Origin: Microthrixaceae bacterium | GTDB lineage: Bacteria; Actinomycetota; Acidimicrobiia; Acidimicrobiales; Microtrichaceae | Direction: 5' to 3' | NCBI GenBank assembly: GCA_020027475.1 | Contig: JAHRAZ010000118.1 | Location: 24,929 to 88,928, forward strand | DNA: 64,000 nucleotides | In this document: positions 19,156-29,013 of the stretch, in pieces | Position numbering within the stretch: the first letter of the stretch is position 1 | How the letters are laid out: every line of letters starts with the position of its first letter | Notes under the pieces: generated by a model | What the model saw: the letters and a program-made list of their open reading frames with translations, nothing else | Database searches by the model: none | Told to the model about the DNA's origin: nothing | Program-made: the position numbers and the translations under genes

Positions 19156-20217
19156 TCAGTATCCGTAGAGGTCGGCGAGTTCCGGATCGCGCGCAGCAAG
19201 TTGGCGGGCCAGGTCGACAACCACATGGCACTGCTTCACTGATGCATCGTCTTCCATCTTGCCGTGCAACATGACCGCGCCGGTGCCGTCGCCCATGGCG
19301 TCGATGACCTCCTGGGCATGGGCAACTTCAACGGGTTCCGGTGAGAACACGCGTCTGGCGATGTCTATCTGGACCGGATGCAGGGACCAGGCACCCACAC
19401 AGCCGAGAAGATAGGCATTTCGGAACTGGTCCTCACAGGCGACGGTGTCCTTGATGTCGCCGAAAGGCCCGTAGAAGGGAAGGATTCCTGCCATGGCACA
19501 GGCATCAACCATCCGAGCCACCGTGTAGTGCCAGAGATCCTGCTGGTTGGTGGCTCGCTCAGCGTCGTACTGCGGGCCATCGGGGCCGTCGGGTGGATCC
19601 TCGCGGACCAGGTAGCCCGGGTGGCCGCCACCCACGCGCGTGGTCTTCATGCGCCGGTCTGCGGCCAGGTCAGCCGGGCCGAGCGACAACCCCTGCATCC
19701 TGGGCGACGCCAGGCAGATCTCCTCGGTGTTCGCAACACCGCGTGCCGTCTCAAGAAGGGCATGCACCATGATGGGCTTGCGGATTCCCGCCTTGGCTTC
19801 GAGTTGAGCCAACAGTTGGTCGACGTAATTGATGTCCTCCGGCCCTTCGACCTTCGGAATCATGATCACGTCGAGTTCGTTGCCGATCTCGCTGACCAGG
19901 GTGATCAGATCATCGAGCACCCAAGGTGAGTCGAGGCTGTTCACCCGAGTCCACAACTGCGTGTCGCCGAAGTCGACCTCGCGCGCCACGCGCACCAGTC
20001 CTGCCCTCGCATCTTCCTTTGACTCCATCGGAATGGCGTCTTCGAGATTGCCGAGGAGGATATCGACCTGCGGCGCGATCTGAGGCAGTTTGTCAGTGAC
20101 CTTGTTGATGTGCGGCGGGAAGAAATGGATCATTCGCGAGGGGCGAAACGGGATCTCTGTCAACGGTGTCGGTGCACCGACCGCAAGTGGCTTGAAGAAG
20201 TCCTTGGGACTACGCAT
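19156..20217 (-). CDS. mcl: Long-form HpcH/HpaI-family lyase resembling L-malyl-CoA / beta-methylmalyl-CoA lyase
   Basis: FFPPHINKV...GNLEDAIP...[14 protein letters not shown]...HALLETARG...[23 protein letters not shown]...QQDLWHYT...[12 protein letters not shown] at 20215-20217. The 62-aa N-terminal extension in the track was rejected. Confidence 0.7.
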   Translation of the reverse strand: MRSPKDFFKPLAVGAPTPLTEIPFRPSRMIHFFPPHINKVTDKLPQIAPQVDILLGNLEDAIPMESKEDARAGLVRVAREVDFGDTQLWTRVNSLDSPWVLDDLITLVSEIGNELDVIMIPKVEGPEDINYVDQLLAQLEAKAGIRKPIMVHALLETARGVANTEEICLASPRMQGLSLGPADLAADRRMKTTRVGGGHPGYLVREDPPDGPDGPQYDAERATNQQDLWHYTVARMVDACAMAGILPFYGPFGDIKDTVACEDQFRNAYLLGCVGAWSLHPVQIDIARRVFSPEPVEVAHAQEVIDAMGDGTGAVMLHGKMEDDASVKQCHVVVDLARQLAARDPELADLYGY

Positions 20218-20330
20218 TGGGACCCTCCCGGGGCATTGATCTCTTGGGAATAGAACCTGTCGAATGACCGTAGAAGCCTCCGGGCCGGTCAACAAACTCA
20301 GGTACCCCCGGATCGGGCTAGCCTCCGCCA

Positions 20331-21302
20331 ATGGACACGGTTGAATGCGTGAGGTTCGATGAACCAGAAGAGCTTGTCGTTGAGCAGAGTGAATCCGGCC
20401 CACTGGCCGACTCCGGTGTTCGGATCCGGGTGACCGCCTGTGGTGTCAACTACGTCGACGCCTTGATGGTTCAGGGGCTGTACCAGATCAAACCGCCACT
20501 GCCCTTCACGCCCGGTTCGGAGCTTGCAGGTGAAATTCTGGAGGTCGGCGCCGATGTGGCGGGCTGGGAAGCCGGTCAACGAGTCGCCGCATCCGTGGGC
20601 CTCGGCGGATTCACCAGCGAGATAGACGTGAATCCAGCTCAACTCGTGGCCATCCCCGACAACGTCACCGACACCCAGGCCGCCACGATGGGCCAGTCCT
20701 ACGCCACCGCATGGTTCAGCCTGAGACATCGGATCATGGCCACCGCGGGCGAGTGGATACTCGTTCTCGGCGCCGCCGGCGGAGTGGGTCTCGCAACGAT
20801 TGACATTGCCCGCGCCATGAACATGAATGTGATTGCGGCCGCGTCCTCGGCGGAGAAGCTGGATCTCTGCATCCGCCGGGGTGCACACGAAGTCATCAAC
20901 TACTCCAACGAGGACCTCAAGGCACGCGCTCGCGAAATCTCCGGCGGAGGGGTCGACGTGGCCGTGGATCCGGTTGGCGGCGAAATGAGCAACTTGGCGT
21001 TGCGGGCGCTGGGCGACTTCGGGCGACTTCTCATCATCGGTTTCGCTGCCGGTGACATTGCCTCGCTTCGGACCAATCAGATCCTCTTGCGCAACCGCGC
21101 CATCATCGGCGTGGACTGGGGAATCTGGAGCCTGAACAACCCTGAGGACAACGCAGCCCTGATCGCAGAGGTCCTCAGCGCGGTCTCACAGGGAACGCTG
21201 GACCCGATCGAACCCGTCACCTTCGCGCTGGCCGATGTGGGCAAGGCGCTGCGGGACCTGCTCGAACGCAAGGTCACAGGCAAACTTTGTCTGGTTCCCT
21301 GA
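20331..21302 (+). CDS. NADPH:quinone oxidoreductase / MDR-family zinc-type dehydrogenase
   Basis: [19 protein letters not shown]...[18 protein letters not shown], typical of zeta-crystallin-like QORs. Confidence 0.8.
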   Translation: MDTVECVRFDEPEELVVEQSESGPLADSGVRIRVTACGVNYVDALMVQGLYQIKPPLPFTPGSELAGEILEVGADVAGWEAGQRVAASVGLGGFTSEIDVNPAQLVAIPDNVTDTQAATMGQSYATAWFSLRHRIMATAGEWILVLGAAGGVGLATIDIARAMNMNVIAAASSAEKLDLCIRRGAHEVINYSNEDLKARAREISGGGVDVAVDPVGGEMSNLALRALGDFGRLLIIGFAAGDIASLRTNQILLRNRAIIGVDWGIWSLNNPEDNAALIAEVLSAVSQGTLDPIEPVTFALADVGKALRDLLERKVTGKLCLVP

Positions 21303-21331
21303 GTTGGCAGGACTGAGTTGGCGGAACTGAA

Positions 21332-22027
21332 TCAGCTGGTTGCACCGGAGCCGGTCGCGGCAACTGCTTTGATCGCAGCATCCCATTCGGCTTCGGGCAG
21401 TTCGCCGGATCCACGCTGGAACACGTTGCCGTCGGCATCGATCATCACAAAGAACGGGAAACCCGATCCGCCGTAGGTCTGAAGTGCACTCGATGCCTGA
21501 TCGTCCAGCATCACGGGCGGCTCCCAACCTTCACCGGCCAGCCACGCCGACGGCGGGTAATTCGGACGGGACTGGTCGACGGAGGTGGAAACCGCGATGA
21601 TCTCGACACCCTCCGGCTGATTGCCCTCGTCGATCCAGTTCTGGATTTTGGGCACCTCAGCCTGGCAATGCGGGCACCAGTGAGCCAGGAACACCACAGC
21701 CTTCGGCGTGCCGTCGGAGGGATCCACCACCACTTCTGATTCGTCGAAGCTCTGGCCCGCAAGCTGGGGGGCGGAGAGTCCGAACGCCGGATCCTGATCG
21801 GGGCTGGGAAGACCACCCTCACCGCCGAGTGGAGGCAGGTCCTCACCGCTGATCGCAACAGTTGCGGTCTCCTGAGAGGCGTTCCCCGCGGCGGTGTCCC
21901 CGCCATCGTCCGAGCCACCGGCGAAGACCACGATGCCGATCACCACCACAACAGCCAATACCACGCCCCCGATGATCAAGGGTGCCTTCGATTTCTTGTC
22001 AGCGGCCCAGCTGCGCCCGTCGTTCAT
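21332..22027 (-). CDS. Membrane-anchored TlpA/ResA-like thiol-disulfide oxidoreductase
   Basis: N-terminal TM helix (LIIGGVVLAVVVVIGIVVFAG) and a thioredoxin-fold WCPHC active site. Confidence 0.8.
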   Translation of the reverse strand: MNDGRSWAADKKSKAPLIIGGVVLAVVVVIGIVVFAGGSDDGGDTAAGNASQETATVAISGEDLPPLGGEGGLPSPDQDPAFGLSAPQLAGQSFDESEVVVDPSDGTPKAVVFLAHWCPHCQAEVPKIQNWIDEGNQPEGVEIIAVSTSVDQSRPNYPPSAWLAGEGWEPPVMLDDQASSALQTYGGSGFPFFVMIDADGNVFQRGSGELPEAEWDAAIKAVAATGSGATS

Positions 22028-22091
22028 CGCTGCATCTCCAGATGTCTCAGATTGGGAGTGTTACGTCGGGAAAGACCGTACCGCGCAGCGC

Positions 22092-22667
22092 TCAGGCGTC
22101 TGTAGCGGGCCCTGAGCCTGTCTTCAGGGCAGGTTTGCGCGTCGCCAGCAACAACAGGACGGCAATCGTGATGAAGCCGATCCATGCCATGGCGGGAATC
22201 GACAGGAAATGGAATTTCCAGACGAACACGGCGTCACAGGACACCGCGGTGGAACACTCATAGCTGACGTTCTCCGGGAAGCGCTGGATCAAATAGTGAT
22301 AGGTGCTGATTGCAGCACCCACGAACGCCAGCGGGAGCGCGTAAATCCGGATCGAAACATCCTTGCGGAACGCAGCGATCGTGAGGATCACGGCCAGCGG
22401 GTACATGAAGATCCGCTGAAACCAGCACAGTTCACACGGGATGAACTTGGCCGCCTCCGACAGGTAGAGGCTGCCGAGGGTGGACACAACTGCAACGGCC
22501 GCCGCCATCGAAAGGGCAGCCTCACCCAGGCCATCGCGGATCGACTGCAAGGGTTTTGGCACCCGGTGAACGATCAGCGAGTAGACCGCAATCGGAATTG
22601 TGATCACCAGAAAGGCCGCGCAGAGCACCGCCAACAGCGACAGGAATGTGATCATTTTCTGGTCCAT
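22092..22667 (-). CDS. Disulfide bond formation protein, DsbB/BdbC family
   Basis: Four TM helices. CELCWFQRIFMYPL (BdbC-type CxxC) plus a second Cys pair, YECSTAVSC. Confidence 0.8.
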   Translation of the reverse strand: MDQKMITFLSLLAVLCAAFLVITIPIAVYSLIVHRVPKPLQSIRDGLGEAALSMAAAVAVVSTLGSLYLSEAAKFIPCELCWFQRIFMYPLAVILTIAAFRKDVSIRIYALPLAFVGAAISTYHYLIQRFPENVSYECSTAVSCDAVFVWKFHFLSIPAMAWIGFITIAVLLLLATRKPALKTGSGPATDA

Positions 22668-22716
22668 ATGCAGAGCAGAGAGTACACGGCCCCTTTGCCC
22701 AACTACATTTCAGGGC

Positions 22717-23217
22717 ATGGCCGAAACGAGCAGTTCCCTCTATGACATCAGCATTGCCTCCCTGGATGGTTCAGCCGCGGCTCTGGACGATGCCAGGGGA
22801 AAGGTCACTCTGGTTGTGAACGTGGCATCGAAGTGCGGACTGACTCCCCAGTTCGAACAGCTCGAGGAACTCCAGAAGAGCTACGGCGACACTGCATTCA
22901 CGGTGCTGGGTGTGCCCTGCAACCAGTTCGCCGAGCAAGAACCGGGCACTCCCGAGGAAATCGCAACTTTCTGCAGCACCAACTACGGCGTGACTTTCCC
23001 GCTCACCGAGAAGATCGAGGTCAACGGAGATGGTCGCCACGAGCTCTACGGGGCCTTGGTGGACTTTGCCGATCCGGAGGGGCACACCGGCGACATCCGG
23101 TGGAACTTCGAGAAGTTCCTGATCAGCGCCGACGGCGACGTGCTGGCCCGGTTCAACCCGGTCACCACACCCGATGACGCCTCGGTTGTGTCGGCAATCG
23201 AATCCGCGATCACCTGA
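22717..23217 (+). CDS. Glutathione peroxidase (Cys-type)
   Basis: VNVASKCGLTPQ, LGVPCNQFAEQEPG and WNFEKFL. ATG at 22717. The track's 22600 start overlaps the dsbB-like gene. Confidence 0.9.
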   Translation: MAETSSSLYDISIASLDGSAAALDDARGKVTLVVNVASKCGLTPQFEQLEELQKSYGDTAFTVLGVPCNQFAEQEPGTPEEIATFCSTNYGVTFPLTEKIEVNGDGRHELYGALVDFADPEGHTGDIRWNFEKFLISADGDVLARFNPVTTPDDASVVSAIESAIT

Positions 23218-23227
23218 ATCGGCGGTC

Positions 23228-23251
23228 ACTCGGAGCCGTTCCAGTCCGAGT
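23228..23251. terminator. Candidate bidirectional hairpin between convergent genes
   Basis: actcgga (23228-23234) pairs with tccgagt (23245-23251), leaving a 10-nt loop. It lies between the stops at 23217 (+) and 23258 (-). Weak, with no U-tract. Confidence 0.25.
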
Positions 23252-23257
23252 CCAGTC

Positions 23258-24355
23258 TCAGTCCATCATGAGAACGGTCCGCAGGCCGACGCCCGCCTCC
23301 GCCTGGCGGACCGCATCGTTGACTTCGGCAAGTGGCCGTCTGGCCGTCACCATCTCGTCGAGCGGCAACTGACCCGACTGCCACAGTTCCACGATCCGCG
23401 GAATGTCCCGTGGGGCCCAACAACTGCCCAGCACACAACCCGAAAGGCTCTTGCCGCTGAACATCATCGCCACCGACTGAACATTGATGAACCCGTCCAT
23501 CGGCGCTGCACCAACAAGGATCACCTCACCTCCATTAACGGTTGAATCAAGACACTGTTCGGCGAGTGCTGCCGATCCGACGGCCTCGAACGCTGTGTCC
23601 ACGCCACCACCTGTGAGGGCGTCCACGACTGCAGGAACATCATCGGATGTGGGATCAACCACATGGGTTGCGCCAAAACTCATTGCCCTTTCACGACGGC
23701 TCTCGGACGGGTCGGACACGATGATGCGACTCGCTCCGGCTATCGAAGCCCCGGCAGCAATCGAAACACCGATCCCCCCCGCTCCCACCACGAGCACCGA
23801 GTCTCCCGGTTCTATCGACGCGGTGTTGAGCGCGGCCCCCGTACCGGTCTGGACCGCGCAGCCGATCACACATGCCACGTCCAGCGGGATGTCCTTGGGG
23901 ATCGGGATTGCTGCCTGGCGAACCACGATCACTTCCTCGGCCCAACCGGCCATTCCCAGACCTCGATAGACGACCTCGCCGTTGCGCTCCAGCCGCGTGG
24001 TCCCGTCGTCGAAGGTCGACGTCATCAGGCCGTCACCCAGATAACAGTGACTGAAACGACCGCGGCGGCAGGCTCGGCAGTGACCACATGAGGGAGCCGG
24101 GGTGAGGATCACATGATCGCCCACGGAGACGTGATCCACTCCCGCTCCAACTTCCGAGACCACTCCCGCGGCTTCGTGCCCGGGAATCGTGGGGCCCATC
24201 AGCGGAAAATGTCCCTGGATGATCGAAAGGTCGGAGTGACAGATTCCGCAGGCGGCCACCTGGACCCGCACCTCACCCGGCCCGGTTGCCCCCAGCTTCA
24301 CATCGTCGGCCAACTCGAGTGGTTGGCCCGGCTCATAAAGAATTGCTGCTCTCAC
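23258..24355 (-). CDS. Zinc-dependent alcohol dehydrogenase
   Basis: GICHSDL, GHEAAGVV and VVGAGGIGV motifs. GTG start. Confidence 0.85.
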   Translation of the reverse strand: MRAAILYEPGQPLELADDVKLGATGPGEVRVQVAACGICHSDLSIIQGHFPLMGPTIPGHEAAGVVSEVGAGVDHVSVGDHVILTPAPSCGHCRACRRGRFSHCYLGDGLMTSTFDDGTTRLERNGEVVYRGLGMAGWAEEVIVVRQAAIPIPKDIPLDVACVIGCAVQTGTGAALNTASIEPGDSVLVVGAGGIGVSIAAGASIAGASRIIVSDPSESRRERAMSFGATHVVDPTSDDVPAVVDALTGGGVDTAFEAVGSAALAEQCLDSTVNGGEVILVGAAPMDGFINVQSVAMMFSGKSLSGCVLGSCWAPRDIPRIVELWQSGQLPLDEMVTARRPLAEVNDAVRQAEAGVGLRTVLMMD

Positions 24356-24389
24356 GATCGTCCCTTTGCTTTAGTGATGCGACTGTAGG

Positions 24390-25376
24390 TCACACGAAGA
24401 TACATGCGGCCTCGTGACCCGGCGATGCTTCGCCAGGACCGGAGACCAGCCTCATGCCCGGTTGTTCGCCCACACAACGCTGCACCGCATCCGGACACCG
24501 GGTGTGGAATCGACAGCCTTCGGGGGTCGCAACTGCTGAAGGTACGTCACCCTCGAGGGTTTCGGTCAATGGCCGGGACCCGGACTGTGCTGAGATCAGC
24601 GCCCGTGTATACGGGTGTGCAGGTTGGTCCAGCACCGCACCAGCCATCCCGATCTCGGCGAGGCGGCCCGAGTACATGACACAAACCCTCCCCTCGACTC
24701 CGTTGGAAGGATCGCGGTTGGCCAGATCGCGCACATGATCCACGCGGTGCGTCGACACCACAAAGGAAGTGCGGGTGCTCCCCCCAAGCTCGCGCAACAG
24801 AGCCGAGAAGCTGATCCGCTGGAGCTTGTCGAGACTCGCCAGGGGTTCATCCAGTGCAATCAGTTCGGGTTCAAGGGCCAGCGCCCGGGCCAATCCGATC
24901 CGCTGGGCCTCGTCCGGATTCACCTCACCCATGGTCTTCGCCGCGAGATCTGCATCCAGATCCACCCGACGCAGCAAGGCGGTCACGTCGGCTGCGGCAA
25001 GCTCACCCTGGGCAACGAACGGTTCCAGGAGAACCTCCGACACCAAACGAAGGGAGCCGAACACTGCTGCGGGATCCTGGAACGTGACCTGAAGGTGACA
25101 TCGCAACGTACGCAGATCCCTGCCTGACAATCGGGTCACATCGGTACCCCGGAACCGAATCGAACCCTCCGTGGGATCGAGCAACCGAACCAGCAACCGC
25201 AACAGAGTGGTCTTCCCCGATCCGGGCTCACCCAACACCGCAAGGATTTCACCGGACCCCAGGGTGAGGTCCACCGAGTCAACGGCCGAAGCCCGCCCGA
25301 CGACGCGCTGGAACCTGCCGGCCCGAACCTTGAAGTCCCGGCCCAGACCTGTGACCTCGACCAGTGGGCTACTCAT
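24390..25376 (-). CDS. Orphan OppF/DppF-type ABC ATPase with a degenerate signature motif
   Basis: Walker A GEPGSGKTT, Q-loop QVTFQDP, Walker B LIALDEPLASLD, an H-loop His (STHRV) and the oligopeptide-type C-terminal region (HPYTRALISA...CRFHTRCP). Where LSGGQ is expected the sequence reads NPDEAQ. No permease or binding-protein gene lies nearby. The start overlaps the P-type ATPase stop by 8 nt. Confidence 0.8.
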   Translation of the reverse strand: MSSPLVEVTGLGRDFKVRAGRFQRVVGRASAVDSVDLTLGSGEILAVLGEPGSGKTTLLRLLVRLLDPTEGSIRFRGTDVTRLSGRDLRTLRCHLQVTFQDPAAVFGSLRLVSEVLLEPFVAQGELAAADVTALLRRVDLDADLAAKTMGEVNPDEAQRIGLARALALEPELIALDEPLASLDKLQRISFSALLRELGGSTRTSFVVSTHRVDHVRDLANRDPSNGVEGRVCVMYSGRLAEIGMAGAVLDQPAHPYTRALISAQSGSRPLTETLEGDVPSAVATPEGCRFHTRCPDAVQRCVGEQPGMRLVSGPGEASPGHEAACIFV

Positions 25377-28098
25377 CCGCCGGACTGATCATTCGGCCGA
25401 ACCGGCGGCGGAGCTCCTCCATCACCAGGAACCCGATCGGAAATGCCAGACATATCAGCCACTGGGTGGCGCTGAGCGAAGTGGTTTCGAAGACACCCTG
25501 CAGGAAAGGGACTTCCACGACGAGGATCTGTATGACCACAATCGCGCCAACCGACAGCCACAAGGTGCCGTTGGTGAAAGTATGCCGACTCAGGAGCGTG
25601 CTACCGCCCGCGCGGACCGAGAAGGCATTGGCCAACTGCAGGAAGACGAAGGCCGTGAAGGTCATGGTCAACGCCACATCAAGCTCCACACGATCCTCGG
25701 CCACACTCAACAACATGAGCGTGGCGATTGTCATCAAGGTGGCGGCGTAGAGGATCGTGATGAGTCGCGGTCGGTTGAGAATCTTCTCCCCGGTTGGCCG
25801 GGGTTCCCGGTCCATCAGGCCCGGCCGGGGCGGATCAACCCCGAGGCTGATGGCCGGTGGACCATCAGCAATGATGTTCACGAACAACACCTGAATGGGA
25901 TTGAAGGGCGTGGGCAGGCCAAGAAGCCGGGCAAAGAGAATGCTCGACAGCGCAGCTATGTTCGTGGTGAGCTGGAAGCGCACGAACGTCAGGATGTTGT
26001 CGTAGATGGCCCGCCCACGCTCCACCGCCGCCACGATCGTGGCGAAGTTGTCATCGGTGAGGATCATGTCACCGGCCTCTTTGGTGACCTCGGTTCCGGT
26101 GATTCCCATCGCCACTCCGATGTCGGCCGACTTGAGGGCCGGAGCATCGTTCACACCGTCACCGGTCATCGCAACAATCTGATCTGCCGCCCGAAGTGAG
26201 TCGACCACCCGGACCTTGTGCACCGGCGACACCCGCGCACAAACACCGATCTGACCGATCTGCTCTTCCAGTTCGTCGTCGGTGAGGGCATCCAGTTCGA
26301 CGCCGGTGACGACGCTGCCGGAGATGCCCAACTCGGAGGCGATGGCGGCTGCAGTAGTTGGATGGTCGCCCGTGATCATCCGCACCGAGATGCCGGCCCG
26401 ACGGCACTCCCGAACGGCGTCGATCGCCTCCGGGCGGGCTGGATCCAGGATCCCCAGCAGAGCTTCGATGCGCAAGGATCCCACGTCGTCAAGAAGATTG
26501 CCCTCGAACTCCGATGCCCGAACGGGCAGTGACCGACTCGCCACCGCCAGGACCCTGAGTCCCGAAGATCCCATGGTGTCGTTGTCATCCAGCAGCTGTC
26601 TTCTCTGCTCCGCTTCGAGATCCTCTTCCCCATCAGGGGTCGCGACCCTATTGGCTTTGGACAACACGACATCCGGAGCACCCTTCACCAACAAGATCGA
26701 CTGGGCGAGGTCAGCGGGATGTTCGTGGAGTGTCGCCATGAACTTCCGTTCGGACTCGAATGGCACTTCGGCAGTCCTCGGATATTGCTCCCGAGCTTCC
26801 TCCGGGTCGATTCCGGCCTTGCCGGCGACAACCAGCAGTGCAGCCTCAGTGGGGTCCCCCAGCACTTCTGCTGCGCCCGAGGGGCCCACGCCGAGATGAG
26901 CGTCATTGCACAATGCAACCATCAGGAGGGCCGGGTTCTCCTCGATCCCGAATGCGCCAACCTCACCGTTGTCATCGAGAACCCGACCATTGATCTCATA
27001 TCCGAGGCCTTCAACGGTGTAGGGCCTGCCGCGGGTGACGAAGTCGGTCACCGTCATCTGGTTGAGCGTGAGTGTGCCGGTCTTGTCGGAACAAATTGCA
27101 GTGGTGGACCCCAATGTCTCCACCGAGGCCAGCTGCTTCACGATCGCGTGGTGCTCGGCCATGCGTGACACCCCGATTGCCAGCGTCACTGTGACCACTG
27201 CGGGCAATCCCTCCGGAATTGCCGCCACGGCAAGAGCGACGGCCTCCAGCGCGGCATCGGCGAACTCCTCGCCCTGGGCCATGGCGAGTGCGAACACGGC
27301 CACAACTGCAACACCCGCGATCAGGGCAAGCCGTTTGCCAAGATGATCCAGCTGTTTCTGAAGTGGTGTCAGCTCATCGGGAACCGCATTCATGAGGCTG
27401 GCGATCTTGCCGACCTCGGTGGCCATGCCCGTGTCGGTCACCAGTATCTCGCCACGGCCGCGAATCACCGTGGTGTTCATGAAGACACAGTTGTCACGAT
27501 GGTTGACCGACAGCTCGGCGTTCCCACCGCCGGATTCACCATGGCCGCCGACGGGAATCGTGGCCGAATGCTTCTCCACCGGCAACGATTCCCCGGTGAA
27601 GGTTGCCTCGTCAACCGCCAGGTTCCGCGCGAGCATTATGCGCCCGTCAGCCGGAACCATGTCGCCCGCCTCCAACAACACCATGTCGCCGATCACAAGC
27701 TGTGAAGAGGGAACCTCCACCACGGAACCTCCACGACGAACCGTGGCGATGACCTCCAGCATCGAGCCAAGGGCTTCCATGGCTTCATCAGCCTTGTTCT
27801 CCTGTATGAAGCCGGCGATGGCGTTGACCACGAGCACGATGAGGATCACGACCGGATCCTTGATGTCGCCAACTGCTGCCGAAATGGCAGCCGCTCCGAA
27901 CAACACGTAGTTCAGGACATTGTTGAACTGACTCAGGAATCGCCGCCAAGGCGGAACCGTTTCGCTCTCGTCGAGTTCGTTCGGCCCGTTCTGGCGGAGT
28001 CGATTCGCAGCCTCCGCCACTCCGAGGCCGGAACTACGACTGGAGCCGAGTTCTTCTGCGGCCCGCTGCGGCGACAATGAATACCAAAGCACTGGCAT
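25369..28098 (-). CDS. P2-type (Ca2+/cation-like) P-type ATPase
   Basis: TGES, IPEGLP, CSDKTGTLT, MITGDH and TGDGVNDAPALK motifs. 909 aa with N- and C-terminal TM bundles. Confidence 0.95.
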   Translation of the reverse strand: MPVLWYSLSPQRAAEELGSSRSSGLGVAEAANRLRQNGPNELDESETVPPWRRFLSQFNNVLNYVLFGAAAISAAVGDIKDPVVILIVLVVNAIAGFIQENKADEAMEALGSMLEVIATVRRGGSVVEVPSSQLVIGDMVLLEAGDMVPADGRIMLARNLAVDEATFTGESLPVEKHSATIPVGGHGESGGGNAELSVNHRDNCVFMNTTVIRGRGEILVTDTGMATEVGKIASLMNAVPDELTPLQKQLDHLGKRLALIAGVAVVAVFALAMAQGEEFADAALEAVALAVAAIPEGLPAVVTVTLAIGVSRMAEHHAIVKQLASVETLGSTTAICSDKTGTLTLNQMTVTDFVTRGRPYTVEGLGYEINGRVLDDNGEVGAFGIEENPALLMVALCNDAHLGVGPSGAAEVLGDPTEAALLVVAGKAGIDPEEAREQYPRTAEVPFESERKFMATLHEHPADLAQSILLVKGAPDVVLSKANRVATPDGEEDLEAEQRRQLLDDNDTMGSSGLRVLAVASRSLPVRASEFEGNLLDDVGSLRIEALLGILDPARPEAIDAVRECRRAGISVRMITGDHPTTAAAIASELGISGSVVTGVELDALTDDELEEQIGQIGVCARVSPVHKVRVVDSLRAADQIVAMTGDGVNDAPALKSADIGVAMGITGTEVTKEAGDMILTDDNFATIVAAVERGRAIYDNILTFVRFQLTTNIAALSSILFARLLGLPTPFNPIQVLFVNIIADGPPAISLGVDPPRPGLMDREPRPTGEKILNRPRLITILYAATLMTIATLMLLSVAEDRVELDVALTMTFTAFVFLQLANAFSVRAGGSTLLSRHTFTNGTLWLSVGAIVVIQILVVEVPFLQGVFETTSLSATQWLICLAFPIGFLVMEELRRRFGRMISPADE

Positions 28099-28099
28099 C

Positions 28100-28990
28100 C
28101 TAGATGTCAGAGGGGCGACATGGAATCTCCTCGAAGCTCGGCGCGCGCCCCTCGGACTTCGCTGCGAACTCCTCCATCATGTCGCCCGGTGTGAACATTC
28201 CGGACTGCCAACCGGCGATGCCGCTCAGAGCATCCGCCACTGAATGGTCCCTCGCGTAGTTGATTGCCTGTTTGGTGCCCCAGATGGCCAGAGGAGAGTG
28301 AGATGCGATCCGGGCGGCCTTGGCGAGAACACCTTCCAACATCGCGTCCTGGTCGCTGTAGACCTCGTTCACCAGACCACAGGCCAGTGCCTTCTCCGCC
28401 GGCATGCGGTCACCCGTATAGGCCAGTTCCCGGGCGATTCCTTCCGGGATGATCTTGGGCAACCGCTGAAGTGTCCCCACGTCTGCCGTCATGCCGATGT
28501 TGATTTCCTGGACACAGAAGAAGGCGTCTTGCGTGCAGTAGCGCATGTCAGCGGCCGAGACCATGTCCACAGCGCCGCCGATACATCCTCCCTGGATGGC
28601 CGCCAGAACAGGGATGCGCGCCTTCTCGAACGAGGTGAACGCCTCCTGAAGATGCTGCACGAGAAGCCACAGGAACGCACGCTGACGGCCGAGTTCTTCG
28701 GCCCCGCCGAAGGATGCGAGGGATGATTCACCGGTGAACACACTCAGATCCATGCCGGCCGAGAAGTGCTTTCCGGTGGAGGACAACACAATCACGCGGG
28801 CCTTCGCGTTGTCGTCGAGGTCGGAAATGATCTCCGGCAAGTCGCTCCAGAAGCTCGGGATCATGGAATTGAGCTCACCCGGACGCGTCATCTGCAGATG
28901 GGCGACGTTGTCCTCGATGGTCAGGTCAAAACACTCGTACACAGTCTGCGACGCTACCTGTTGACCGCTCCACCCGCGCGACCGCGCCAC
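28100..28990 (-). CDS. Enoyl-CoA hydratase/isomerase (crotonase) family protein
   Basis: VIVLSSTGKHFSAGMDL...QGGCIGGAVDM crotonase oxyanion-hole pattern. The stop lies 1 nt before the ATPase ATG. The start is uncertain: I prefer the GTG at 28990 over the track's 29044, which would overlap pepN. Confidence 0.8.
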   Translation of the reverse strand: MARSRGWSGQQVASQTVYECFDLTIEDNVAHLQMTRPGELNSMIPSFWSDLPEIISDLDDNAKARVIVLSSTGKHFSAGMDLSVFTGESSLASFGGAEELGRQRAFLWLLVQHLQEAFTSFEKARIPVLAAIQGGCIGGAVDMVSAADMRYCTQDAFFCVQEINIGMTADVGTLQRLPKIIPEGIARELAYTGDRMPAEKALACGLVNEVYSDQDAMLEGVLAKAARIASHSPLAIWGTKQAINYARDHSVADALSGIAGWQSGMFTPGDMMEEFAAKSEGRAPSFEEIPCRPSDI

Positions 28991-29013
28991 AACCGGCCGG
29001 TAGCCTCGCCACG

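Noticed and set aside
21300-21331. Direct 14-bp repeat tgagttggcRgRac x2 between the convergent qor and tlpA-like stops
   Set aside because: It is short and imperfect, forms no hairpin, and has no obvious function. It is noted only as a curiosity.
25171-26199. 342-aa plus-strand ORF
   Set aside because: It lies antisense to the P-type ATPase and to the ABC ATPase start.
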